Program-made: the position numbers and the translations under genes | Part shown: positions 27,397-35,658 of the stretch, piece by piece | Layout: every line of letters begins with the position of its first letter | Position numbering within the stretch: the first letter of the stretch is position 1 | DNA from: a virus | Strand: one strand, 5' to 3' | DNA length: 40,437 bases | Virus genome (UHGV): UHGV-0267017 | Notes under the pieces: generated by a model | Told to the model about the DNA's origin: nothing | Database searches by the model: none | Seen by the model: only the letters and a program-made list of their open reading frames with translations

Positions 27397-29320
27397 TCAG
27401 AGGAAGCCCCTCAGCCCATGCCGGAGGCCTGCACATGAGGCTTATTGCCTCCTCCAGACTCTGCCTGCCGCCCTTGGGAATTTCCAGTATCACCTCGTCA
27501 TGGATATGGAAGTTAATCCGGTACCCTGCCGTATGCAGGTTCACCATGGCGTTGGCCAGGCAGTCCCTGGCTACCGCCTGCACGATATTCTCTGTCAGCT
27601 TGCCCCCATAGGTAGGCAACAGTTCCCACTTCCTGTTTTTCTGGTTCTGCCCCATGAAATAGATCCGTTTAAAGTTCCTCTCGTCCGGTATCATCTGGGG
27701 TTTTAGGTAGAACAGCTTCCGGCCGCTTGGGAGGGTTACCATCATCCGTTCCGTGTCCCTGGAAAAGGAAATGCCGCATGGAAGGGATGATATCACACCA
27801 TACTCAATACATTCCGCCGCATGGCGCTCAATGCTGTACCACAGGTCCACAATCCGTTTATTGGATGCCCTCCAGCGCTGTACAATGTCTGGCAGTTCTT
27901 CCTCCTGCAGTCCCATCCGGATGGCCCCCATCTGTATCAGGGCCCCTGCAGCTCCCTGGTATCCCAGGGCCAGCTCCGCAACCTTGCCTTTACTTCTCAG
28001 GGCATACTCCGGATTGCCCTTTTTTATCTTTTCTATCGGTACCCCGAACATGGTGCTGGCGGACGCCTCGTAAATCTTCCCATGTGTCCGGAATACCTCC
28101 AGGCGCCACTCTTCCCCGGCCAGCCAGGCAATCACACGGGCCTCTATGGCAGAAAAGTCCGCCACGGCGAACTCATAGCCATCTCCTGGCACAAAAGCCG
28201 TACGGATGAGCTGGGAGAGCGTGTCCGGCACGTTCCCATAAATAATCTTTAGGGCATCTATCTTCTGTTTCTGTACAAGCTCCCTGGCCGTATCCAGGCT
28301 GTCAATGTAATTACGCGGCAGGTTCTGCACCTGCACGAGACGGCCTGCCCAGCGCCCCGTCCTGGCAGCTCCATAGAACTGCAGGAGCCCCCTTACACGG
28401 CCATCCGCGCACAGCGCGTCCTTCATGGCCTGGTACTTTTTTACAGATGTCTTGGCCATCTCCTGGCGTATCCTGAGCATTGCCTGCACGTCATCGGTTG
28501 CGGAATCCTGCGCCAGGAGGTCAGCCACCGTCTGCTTGTTCAGGCTCTCGATTTCCACTTGGGCATTATCTATCACCCATTGTTTAAGCTGGGCCACGCT
28601 GTTGGGGTTGTCCAGTCCTGTGATATCCCTGGCCTTTTCCGTCAGCTCCTCTGTCATCTGCCCGCTGACCGCAAGGGCGCCGTCTATCAGATCCGTATCA
28701 AGCGCCACACCGCCTATATTAATTGCTTGGTCTATCACCCACAGCTGATGCTCAAATGCAGGGACCGGGTATTCCGCCAGGCGTTTCTTTATCTCACGTT
28801 CGGTCACCACATCCTGGCCACAGTATTCCTTAAACAGCTTCCACTTATCCGGGGCATGTTCCGGTAGATTCCTGGTACGCCCACCGTTCCGTTTCGTACG
28901 GGCGCATGGGGTACAGAAATACTTAATCAGGGACTTGCCTGTGGATAGTTTCCGCTTGTCTTCGGGAAATTCCATGGCCCTGCCGATGGCATCCAGCCCT
29001 CCTGCATATCCGCAGTACCAGGCATGGACCATGGTGCACTGCCATTGCTCCAGGTGTGTCTCAAAGAACTTGCTGAGGCAGTAATATTCAAATGCCGCAT
29101 TGAATGCCGTCTTCATGACTTCGGGCCTGTGCAGATCCATGACCGTGAAATACGGGATTTTCTCCCCCTGTGCCAGGTCTACAACCTGTACCGGATTATC
29201 GTCATAAGCATAGGCAAACAGAAGGATTTCAAAATCAGGGGACTGTACATATTTGTACAGCCCTGATTTCCGGATATCTACACTGCTATATGTTTCTATG
29301 TCAATACTCAGGGTCCTCAA
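27356..29320 (-). CDS. Family A DNA polymerase (3'-5' exo plus polymerase, phage type)
   Basis: 654 aa. Exo motif SIDIETYS. Pol motif A DFSAIEARVIAWLAGE, motif B RSKGKVAELALGYQG, motif C HIHDEVILE. Confidence 0.9.
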   Translation of the reverse strand: MRTLSIDIETYSSVDIRKSGLYKYVQSPDFEILLFAYAYDDNPVQVVDLAQGEKIPYFTVMDLHRPEVMKTAFNAAFEYYCLSKFFETHLEQWQCTMVHAWYCGYAGGLDAIGRAMEFPEDKRKLSTGKSLIKYFCTPCARTKRNGGRTRNLPEHAPDKWKLFKEYCGQDVVTEREIKKRLAEYPVPAFEHQLWVIDQAINIGGVALDTDLIDGALAVSGQMTEELTEKARDITGLDNPNSVAQLKQWVIDNAQVEIESLNKQTVADLLAQDSATDDVQAMLRIRQEMAKTSVKKYQAMKDALCADGRVRGLLQFYGAARTGRWAGRLVQVQNLPRNYIDSLDTARELVQKQKIDALKIIYGNVPDTLSQLIRTAFVPGDGYEFAVADFSAIEARVIAWLAGEEWRLEVFRTHGKIYEASASTMFGVPIEKIKKGNPEYALRSKGKVAELALGYQGAAGALIQMGAIRMGLQEEELPDIVQRWRASNKRIVDLWYSIERHAAECIEYGVISSLPCGISFSRDTERMMVTLPSGRKLFYLKPQMIPDERNFKRIYFMGQNQKNRKWELLPTYGGKLTENIVQAVARDCLANAMVNLHTAGYRINFHIHDEVILEIPKGGRQSLEEAISLMCRPPAWAEGLPLNADGFTGDYYKKE

Positions 29321-30102
29321 ATCCCCATCACTCCCCCGGCTGGCAGCGGCCTTCCCGTCACCGGGTCAATCGCCTGCTGCTGTGGCGCCCCGCCTGCAGG
29401 AGGGGTGTACCCTATGGGTGCCGCCGTATATCCCGGCATCATCCCGGGAGGGCTGGCCGGCGCGCCCCCAAAACCGCCGGCTGGCTGCTGATAAGCCTGA
29501 GCCTGGTAGGATGGCGTCTGATAGGCCGGTGGCTGATACGCAGGCTGCCCATACCCGTTGGGGGCTGCCGCGGAACCTGCATACGCATTGGACCCGCCGA
29601 AGTCTTCTTCGGCTGTCGTCCTGCCAGATAGGGGTTCCCCGTCGGCAATCTTCTGTATGTTGTTAAGTCCGCATCCTACTCCGCGGTTACCATTTGTATT
29701 GTATGGATAAAAATTGACGGTTGCCCGGGCATAGCAGCCGGAATAAAATGCATTTGGGTCAAGGATTGGCTGGATGTTGATATCCACCACGGAAGGCCTG
29801 GTCCTGCTTGATGCACGCAGTACCCAATGGCCCCGGCACTCCTCTCCCCAGGGCTCTCCGTTCTGTTTGGTCCCGTCACCGTCATACAGGGGCATGGAGG
29901 GTCTTGCCGGCATCTGTCCGCCAAACGTTTTCTGTAGTCCTTCCTGCAGGGCCCGGTTCATTTCCGCTACAACGGCATTGTATGTATTTACATCGGATTT
30001 TGGGATGAGCATGGTTATCTGATACTTGGCCTCCCCACCACCTGGCGGTGTAGATGGCTCAAACACATGGGCGTAACTCGCCCTGAATCTTCCAACTAAC
30101 AT
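29317..30102 (-). CDS. DUF2815 phage ssDNA-binding protein with a P/Q/Y/G-rich C-terminal tail
   Basis: N-terminal RASYAHVFEP...KYQITMLIPKSD matches the DUF2815 signature. The C-terminal roughly 90 aa is low complexity (GYGQPAYQPPAYQTPSYQAQAYQQPAGG...). Confidence 0.7.
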   Translation of the reverse strand: MLVGRFRASYAHVFEPSTPPGGGEAKYQITMLIPKSDVNTYNAVVAEMNRALQEGLQKTFGGQMPARPSMPLYDGDGTKQNGEPWGEECRGHWVLRASSRTRPSVVDINIQPILDPNAFYSGCYARATVNFYPYNTNGNRGVGCGLNNIQKIADGEPLSGRTTAEEDFGGSNAYAGSAAAPNGYGQPAYQPPAYQTPSYQAQAYQQPAGGFGGAPASPPGMMPGYTAAPIGYTPPAGGAPQQQAIDPVTGRPLPAGGVMGI

Positions 30103-31319
30103 GTTTTTTCTTCCTCCTTATATTGATTCTCCCCACCGAAATCCTCCTGCGGGGTAGTGTCTTTTTGGTATGGCGGACGTTTGTCCCCCTTAGGTGCAAG
30201 CGTGGGTTTTCCTTTTGGTTTCACAATAAATGGCATAAGGATTGTGTTGAAGTCATCCTTATTGATCAGTTTCTCCGCCTCAGTCAGAGTTACCGGAATC
30301 CGCTCGTAAAACAGGGCCTTCTTATATCCGGCCTCCACCAGTGCGGCATATGCCTTATCTGGGTCAGGGAGTTCCCGGTTGCTCCTGCCCTCCACCAGTT
30401 TCCACCCTGGAACATCCTCATCCGCCAGCAGTTTGTCGAGGGCGGCCGCGCGGACCTTCTTGATCCAGGGTGCTGCGAATTCGAGAAAGGGAAGGATAGA
30501 GCCAATTTCACCATTGGTCAGGAGCTCTGCGGGTATCATCTTCCCTGTAATTGGGTCCGTATGTTTCTGCAGGGCCGCCATGTTTTCCTCCATCCGGAAC
30601 CGGCAGGTTCCCGCGGCAGGACAGAAGCAGTCATCACACCAGGAGCCCTGCCTAAAATCCCCCTTGCCTTCCCAGGCCAGTTCCGCTGCAGGCTTTACGG
30701 TCTGCTCTGACCAGGTTTGGAGCTGACCGGCGGAAATCTCCCAGCGGGAGAAGTTCTTTGTCCGCGGCTGCACAATATGCAGGATGACCCGTTCTACAGG
30801 AAATACGATTCCGTACTCAGCAATAGCCCCGACCGCATACAGCATCATCTGCGGATTTTCCTCCGCACTGACTGTAATGCCCTTACCATACTTGAAATCC
30901 ACCACATGGCAGTCTGTACCGCTCAGAATGATACAGTCAGAGAAGCCGTAGCCATCCCGGGCGACATGCCCATAATGGACTTCCTTTTCAATCACAATCT
31001 TAGGCGGCACCGGATAGCTGTAGGCTATCTTCTGTATGTAGTCCACATATTCGTCTGTATAGCGCTCCATCTCAGGGTCATACTGCCCGTGCTTCTTTAA
31101 TTGATTGTGTGCAGTTTTAAATGTCTTTTCTGGCATCCCCGGCTCAATGAACAATTTCCGCAGCTTCAACTCACAGATATCGTGAGCCAGCGTACCTTCT
31201 TCCGCGTAGTCAGATGTTGATTCTGGAAATGCTTCGGACAGTCTCGCAGATGGCGGGCAGTTTATCCACCGTTTGGCACTGGATGCCGACAACAACGCGT
31301 GTTTCCTCTCTTCTGCCAT
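30096..31319 (-). CDS. DUF2800 PD-(D/E)xK (Cas4/RecB-like) nuclease with C-terminal Cys cluster
   Basis: N-terminal LLSASSAKRWINCPPSARLSE is the DUF2800 signature. C-terminal CDDCFCPAAGTCRF is an Fe-S-like cluster. It is the canonical partner of DUF2815 and PolA. Confidence 0.7.
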   Translation of the reverse strand: MAEERKHALLSASSAKRWINCPPSARLSEAFPESTSDYAEEGTLAHDICELKLRKLFIEPGMPEKTFKTAHNQLKKHGQYDPEMERYTDEYVDYIQKIAYSYPVPPKIVIEKEVHYGHVARDGYGFSDCIILSGTDCHVVDFKYGKGITVSAEENPQMMLYAVGAIAEYGIVFPVERVILHIVQPRTKNFSRWEISAGQLQTWSEQTVKPAAELAWEGKGDFRQGSWCDDCFCPAAGTCRFRMEENMAALQKHTDPITGKMIPAELLTNGEIGSILPFLEFAAPWIKKVRAAALDKLLADEDVPGWKLVEGRSNRELPDPDKAYAALVEAGYKKALFYERIPVTLTEAEKLINKDDFNTILMPFIVKPKGKPTLAPKGDKRPPYQKDTTPQEDFGGENQYKEEEKTC

Positions 31320-31789
31320 TAGATGTTTGCACCTGCCCCTCTCAACTGCGTCACAAGTTCCGGATACCGTTCAACAGGCACTTGCATGAGGGACATTGCG
31401 CCAAACTGTCCCAGTATCTGCATCACATAGTCCCGCTTGCCCTGGTCGATGAGTCCAGTCAGTGCAATGGCTATCTGGTCCTGGGTATAGGATTGTGTGG
31501 TGGCTGTCGTTGGCAGTGCTCCCTGTCCGGCCGGTCCCGTGAAGGGCTGTTGGTATTGCATCATGCCTGGCTGTCCTGTAGTAGCTCCAGGAAGACCTGA
31601 CTGCTGTGGCCCCGAAGCTGCCGGTCCTGGGTTCTGATAGTTCCCAGCCATCTGCGTTGACTGCGGGCCGGCAGGAGTAGATTCACTAAAGGAAGCAGTC
31701 ACTCCTCCCTTTCCTAACGCCTGCGCCAGGTTATTGATTGCCTGTGCGATTGTATCAAGTCCTGTAATATTAATGTTCATGTTTGCCAT
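31319..31789 (-). CDS. Hypothetical early protein with a Q/P/G-rich low-complexity core
   Basis: 156 aa. Structured C-terminal roughly 50 aa. Confidence 0.4.
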   Translation of the reverse strand: MANMNINITGLDTIAQAINNLAQALGKGGVTASFSESTPAGPQSTQMAGNYQNPGPAASGPQQSGLPGATTGQPGMMQYQQPFTGPAGQGALPTTATTQSYTQDQIAIALTGLIDQGKRDYVMQILGQFGAMSLMQVPVERYPELVTQLRGAGANI

Positions 31790-31907
31790 CTTCGTTTTCC
31801 TCCGTTTTCATATTCATGGTTTCCGTTGTATTCTCTTCCCTGCAGGAGCATTTCTCCCCCGGGTCAAGATAGGCCCCACAATGAGGGCATCGGATATAAT
31901 AGCTCAT
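31770..31907 (-). CDS. Small zinc-ribbon protein (45 aa)
   Basis: Below the track cutoff. GGAGG RBS, sequence MSYYIRCPHCGAYLDPGEKCSC... Its 3' end overlaps the next gene in another frame. Confidence 0.3.
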   Translation of the reverse strand: MSYYIRCPHCGAYLDPGEKCSCREENTTETMNMKTEENEDGKHEH

Positions 31908-31980
31908 GCGGCGTGCCTCCTTTTACTATTGACATTCCTGCTCTGCACCCCTTATACTAAGGGTGATTAGATTATTTTAG

Positions 31981-32106
31981 TTACCGGACCTTCGGACGGC
32001 TCCACCCGTCTGGGGTCCATTTTTTGTATGACCGGCACAGCATCATTCGGCTGTACTCCGGACACTTATTCCGCCGCCGGCAGCTCCGGCATGTCACTGG
32101 CTCCAT
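31981..32106 (-). CDS. Small Cys-rich basic protein (41 aa)
   Basis: Below the track cutoff. The RBS AAGGAGGTG overlaps the stop of the upstream 61-aa gene. Sequence MEPVTCRSCRRRNKCPEYSRMMLCRSYKKW... Confidence 0.3.
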   Translation of the reverse strand: MEPVTCRSCRRRNKCPEYSRMMLCRSYKKWTPDGWSRPKVR

Positions 32107-32119
32107 GGCTGCCACCTCC

Positions 32120-32305
32120 TTACTCTTTGACATAGACAGACTTGGTATCGTTGTCATATACCAGCCGCAGCGTGTTGCCGATATCGTCCTCTATCATGGC
32201 CTCGTTGCCATCCATGCCCAGCTTGATATAATGCATGTCCAGTCCGATGGAACGGCACCAATCCCTGACCGCCAGCTCCGCAATGCTCTTTATGTCTCCA
32301 AACAT
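32120..32305 (-). CDS. Hypothetical early protein (61 aa)
   Basis: Strong RBS GGGGGTGAGGAG before the ATG. Confidence 0.4.
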   Translation of the reverse strand: MFGDIKSIAELAVRDWCRSIGLDMHYIKLGMDGNEAMIEDDIGNTLRLVYDNDTKSVYVKE

Positions 32306-32322
32306 TTCTCCTCACCCCCCTT

Positions 32323-32550
32323 CTATGCAAATATCAGCTCATACTTTGGTCTTTCACTCTCATACTCGACCATCGCGTAAAAATAACCACAGTTGTAATA
32401 CAATACAGGAATCCGGTCATCATTATCAGCACAACCAAAGCCACTTGAACATCCTTCATTCTGCTTATACTGTTCCCAAAGAGCATCTGCCAGAAGGCTG
32501 GACGCTTCCCTACTCCTTGTTAAAAACACTTTATATGTTTTCATCCTCAT
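32323..32550 (-). CDS. Hypothetical early protein (75 aa)
   Basis: Tandem ORF in the early operon. Confidence 0.35.
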   Translation of the reverse strand: MRMKTYKVFLTRSREASSLLADALWEQYKQNEGCSSGFGCADNDDRIPVLYYNCGYFYAMVEYESERPKYELIFA

Positions 32551-32559
32551 ATCCTCCTC

Positions 32560-32832
32560 TCACAGTCTCACGCCCATGGCCGCCGCCATGACCACGATAG
32601 CTACCATCCACATCCCCAGCAGCCAGATAACCGCCGGTACAATCCACTTAACTGCCCTCATAATTGGGCCGTCCCGGCGCCTCCTGCGCTGTCTGAAGGT
32701 CACCATACGTCTATGCCCCATGATGTTGGTCATCACCGCGGTGGCCGGTCCCACAAAATCCACACGCCAGCCAGGATACTGGACCGCTGCTTTGGCGCGG
32801 ATGCGATGCTCCGTAAATGTTTTACCTCTCAT
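32560..32832 (-). CDS. Small protein with C-terminal TM helix (90 aa)
   Basis: Arg-rich centre (RQRRRRRDG) and hydrophobic C-terminus (IVPAVIWLLGMWMVAIVVMAAAM). Confidence 0.35.
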   Translation of the reverse strand: MRGKTFTEHRIRAKAAVQYPGWRVDFVGPATAVMTNIMGHRRMVTFRQRRRRRDGPIMRAVKWIVPAVIWLLGMWMVAIVVMAAAMGVRL

Positions 32833-33143
32833 TGGCTAGTCTCTCCTTTCCATACATAGCCTGTGTCTTCCCATAGTTTCTTGGGTGATATGTAAAAGCT
32901 CCTGTTTTTCTTTCGCTTGGTGCATCTGCCTATCGGTAGCCATCCAGCGTCTATTCCTTCCCTGACCCACAATGCATCCTTGCCATATACCTTAGCTGCC
33001 ACCTCCATCGGCACGCCGCCAAGTCCAAACTCTGGATACGGTTGCATACCTGACATGAGGATACGGGCTACATGTTCGGCTATCTGCTGGGCCAGGTGCA
33101 TTTCCTGTACCGCTTCTTGTTGTTCTGCTACTGTTATTGACAT
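32829..33143 (-). CDS. Xis/HTH_17-like DNA-binding protein (possible excisionase or early regulator)
   Basis: 104 aa. AAKVYGKDALWVREGIDAGWLPIG...KRKKNRSFYISPKKLWEDTGYVW resembles Tn916-Xis-type HTH proteins. First gene of the leftward early operon. Confidence 0.4.
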   Translation of the reverse strand: MSITVAEQQEAVQEMHLAQQIAEHVARILMSGMQPYPEFGLGGVPMEVAAKVYGKDALWVREGIDAGWLPIGRCTKRKKNRSFYISPKKLWEDTGYVWKGETSQ

Positions 33144-33213
33144 GTTCTGATTCCCCTTTCTGTTGTTTTATTCTGTCGCCTGTGGTAAAATTTAGGCGAG
33201 AGGTGGCGAGACT

Positions 33214-33840
33214 ATGCGTAAAAAACAAATAAAGATTGATACTAACAATATTGCTGTAGCACTTTTAATAGGAATTTTAGGTAGTGCTATATGGGAATGT
33301 CTGATTCGTCCATTTTCAAATAAGTTTTTTATTTTTATTAATGATTTAAAATCACAATATTTAAATAGTTCATCTAATGCTCTCTACAAGACAATATCTT
33401 GTGGATTTAATGAGCGATTTTCTCTTGTCTCCTCTATAATGAGTTTTTTCTTACTTGTATCTCTTCAATTGCTTATATCATGGGTCGCACTTGTACTGCT
33501 TTCCAGAGATAGTTTTTTCATTTTGGAGATAAGGAACGATAGCCCACCTTTACCCCGTAAAAAATCATACAAAATGAATGCCTTTTTTGCGATTCTTGTG
33601 CTGATTGAACTAGTCTTATTAATAGGTTCTTGTCTTTACTATCAAGGGAGAGCCCAATTTATCAATACCTCTATAACTAAATGTTTAAACAATATCGAAA
33701 TCGTATCTCCCTATATCAGCGATTTTGAATATAAACAATTAAAATCTACTTTTTATCAAGTTTCTTGCAAAGAAGACTATGACAATCTTATAGCTAAACT
33801 TGATAAAATTGCTTTTAAAAATGACTTGGTTTTAAAATAG
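33214..33840 (+). CDS. AT-rich 3-TM membrane protein beside the immunity region (candidate superinfection-exclusion protein)
   Basis: 208 aa, about 28% GC. TM segments IAVALLIGILGSAIWECLI, SIMSFFLLVSLQLLISWVALVLL and AFFAILVLIELVLLIGSCLYY. Extended -10 TGgTAAAAT and RBS GAGAGGTGG upstream. Opposite strand to all its neighbours except the repressor. Confidence 0.55.
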   Translation: MRKKQIKIDTNNIAVALLIGILGSAIWECLIRPFSNKFFIFINDLKSQYLNSSSNALYKTISCGFNERFSLVSSIMSFFLLVSLQLLISWVALVLLSRDSFFILEIRNDSPPLPRKKSYKMNAFFAILVLIELVLLIGSCLYYQGRAQFINTSITKCLNNIEIVSPYISDFEYKQLKSTFYQVSCKEDYDNLIAKLDKIAFKNDLVLK

Positions 33841-33953
33841 ACAACGACCTATTTCCCAGCCAATAATTACAACAACTGCAAGACATATTCGTCTGAGTAT
33901 GTCTTTCTTGTTATCCATCTTCTTTCACCCTCCTTTCCCTATTTCAGTGTCTT

Positions 33954-34160
33954 TTAAGACACTTTTTCATCAAAAAAAATGCTCATCGGAGAGTCCAAAT
34001 GCAATAGCCTGGTTATTGCCTGTATCTCCTCCAATGTAAATTGAGATTTTCCTCTGCACTTTCTATAAAAAGCAGAGCGGCTTATGCCGAGTTCCTCGCA
34101 CATCCTTGCCTTGCTAATGCCTTCTCGTTTCATTTCATGTTCCAATTTATCCTTATTCAA
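33954..34160 (-). CDS. Cro-like XRE-family HTH regulator
   Basis: 68 aa. HTH GISKARMCEELGISRSAFYRK. Divergent from the repressor gene. Confidence 0.65.
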   Translation of the reverse strand: MNKDKLEHEMKREGISKARMCEELGISRSAFYRKCRGKSQFTLEEIQAITRLLHLDSPMSIFFDEKVS

Positions 34161-34181
34161 AACCTCACCTCCTTTTGTTCG

Positions 34182-34197
34182 GTGTCATTTAGGACAC
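34182..34197. promoter_or_regulatory. Operator palindrome GTGTC-N6-GACAC (one of at least three copies)
   Basis: GTGTCatttagGACAC. Related sites are GTGTCttttaaGACAC (33947-33962, overlapping the cro stop) and tTGTCttttaaGACAC (about 34238-34253). An inverted-order copy GACACttttGTGTt lies at about 34281-34294, inside the repressor promoter spacer. Confidence 0.5.
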
Positions 34198-34270
34198 TTT
34201 GAGTATAGTATAGTTGTATTGCCATGTCAAGTGTTTTTTGTCTTTTAAGACACTTTTTTATTTTATCATG

Positions 34271-34299
34271 TTGCAAAAAAGACACTTTTGTGTTAAACT
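34271..34299 (+). promoter_or_regulatory. Putative repressor promoter (P_RM-like)
   Basis: TTGCAA, 17-nt spacer, then TAAACT. An operator half-site lies inside the spacer. AGGAGG RBS before ATG 34324. Confidence 0.35.
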
Positions 34300-34323
34300 C
34301 ATCAATATAAGGAGGAACTATCA

Positions 34324-34962
34324 ATGACAAACATGGGCAATATAATTAAAAGATTACGTATTGAAAATAATATGACACTAGAACAACTTGGGGATAAGGT
34401 TGGGGTAGGGAAAAGCACAGTACGCAAATGGGAAAACGGAATGATTGCCAATATGAGACGAGACAAAATAGCTAAAATAGCTGATGTCTTCAATGTTTCT
34501 CCATCTTATCTTATAGGATGGGACAATAATGTCGGTCCCATTACCAATGGAACTAAGCATAAGGCACCTGGCGTTACTATCAATGTCCTTGGACGGGTTG
34601 CGGCTGGCGTCCCCATCGAAGCTATAGAAGATGTTATTGACACAGAAGAAATATCGGCAGAGCTGGCATCCACAGGTGACTTTTTTGGCCTCCAAATCCA
34701 TGGTGATTCCATGGAGCCAAGAATGTATGAAGGTGATGTTGTCATAGTTCGCCAACAGGATGATGCTGAAAGCGGCGAGGTGATTATTGCTATGGTTAAC
34801 GGCGATGAAGCTACTTGTAAACGCTTAAAGAAATATGATGGGGGTATTATGCTTTTATCGAATAATCCTCGCTACGAGCCTATAGTATTTACCAATGAAG
34901 AGATTGAAGAAAAACCTGTGCGTATTATAGGAAAAGTAGTTGAGCTAAGAGGAAAATTTTAA
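34324..34962 (+). CDS. CI/LexA-like repressor (XRE HTH plus S24 peptidase)
   Basis: N-terminal HTH LEQLGDKVGVGKSTVRKWENG. AAG cleavage site (RVAAGVP). Catalytic GDSMEP Ser and a downstream Lys (ATCKRLKK). Confidence 0.85.
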   Translation: MTNMGNIIKRLRIENNMTLEQLGDKVGVGKSTVRKWENGMIANMRRDKIAKIADVFNVSPSYLIGWDNNVGPITNGTKHKAPGVTINVLGRVAAGVPIEAIEDVIDTEEISAELASTGDFFGLQIHGDSMEPRMYEGDVVIVRQQDDAESGEVIIAMVNGDEATCKRLKKYDGGIMLLSNNPRYEPIVFTNEEIEEKPVRIIGKVVELRGKF

Positions 34963-34976
34963 GGAGGTGCAATCTT

Positions 34977-35285
34977 ATGAAATACAAAGAATTTTTAGAG
35001 TACATGGAAAATAACCTAGACGGATACCAGGTGTTTATACAAAAGGCCCGCCGGTACCAAACTATCGAAAACGCAAAACGGAAGAAAAAATGGTCGGATG
35101 ACAATGTAGAAAAGGCAACTTATGAAATGTGGAAAAAGTCTATGGAAAATTTGTATAATAATCTGAAACAGAAAATCAATTCAGATTCTCGTTTTGCCTG
35201 GACTGATTTCATTACAAAGAACAATATCTTTGAAGTTGTTAATGACAGTATCAGTGAGATGGATTTTTCAGAGGAGGTAGCATAA
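34977..35285 (+). CDS. Hypothetical protein (102 aa) in the lysogeny operon
   Basis: AAGGAGGTG RBS, follows the repressor gene. Confidence 0.4.
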   Translation: MKYKEFLEYMENNLDGYQVFIQKARRYQTIENAKRKKKWSDDNVEKATYEMWKKSMENLYNNLKQKINSDSRFAWTDFITKNNIFEVVNDSISEMDFSEEVA

Positions 35286-35288
35286 CAC

Positions 35289-35474
35289 ATGAGATGTAGA
35301 AATAAGCATTTTAAAACCAAAGGATTTAGATTAACTAATTCGGGAGCTACGCTTCAAAAAACAGATATAGAGTTAATTGTAACTAATGATGAAATGGGTA
35401 AAACCATTACAGTTATTGACGGACCTATCGGCCTTACATTTCCGGCGGATATTATATCAAAATACCTACAATAA
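35289..35474 (+). CDS. Hypothetical protein (61 aa)
   Basis: GAGGAGGT RBS, 3 nt after the previous stop. Confidence 0.35.
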   Translation: MRCRNKHFKTKGFRLTNSGATLQKTDIELIVTNDEMGKTITVIDGPIGLTFPADIISKYLQ

Positions 35475-35658
35475 ATTTGATATAGCAAAAAGCCCCAGGA
35501 GCTACCAATTCCCAGAGCTTTTGATGATACTATTGCCCGGTATGTCCCGGATGATAATATCGGTCTCGACAACCATATTATATCATCCTTAAGCACATCC
35601 GGTCAATGGGTGTATTTTTTTTGCACCCCAAAATAGTTGCAACATCACAACAGGAAGG

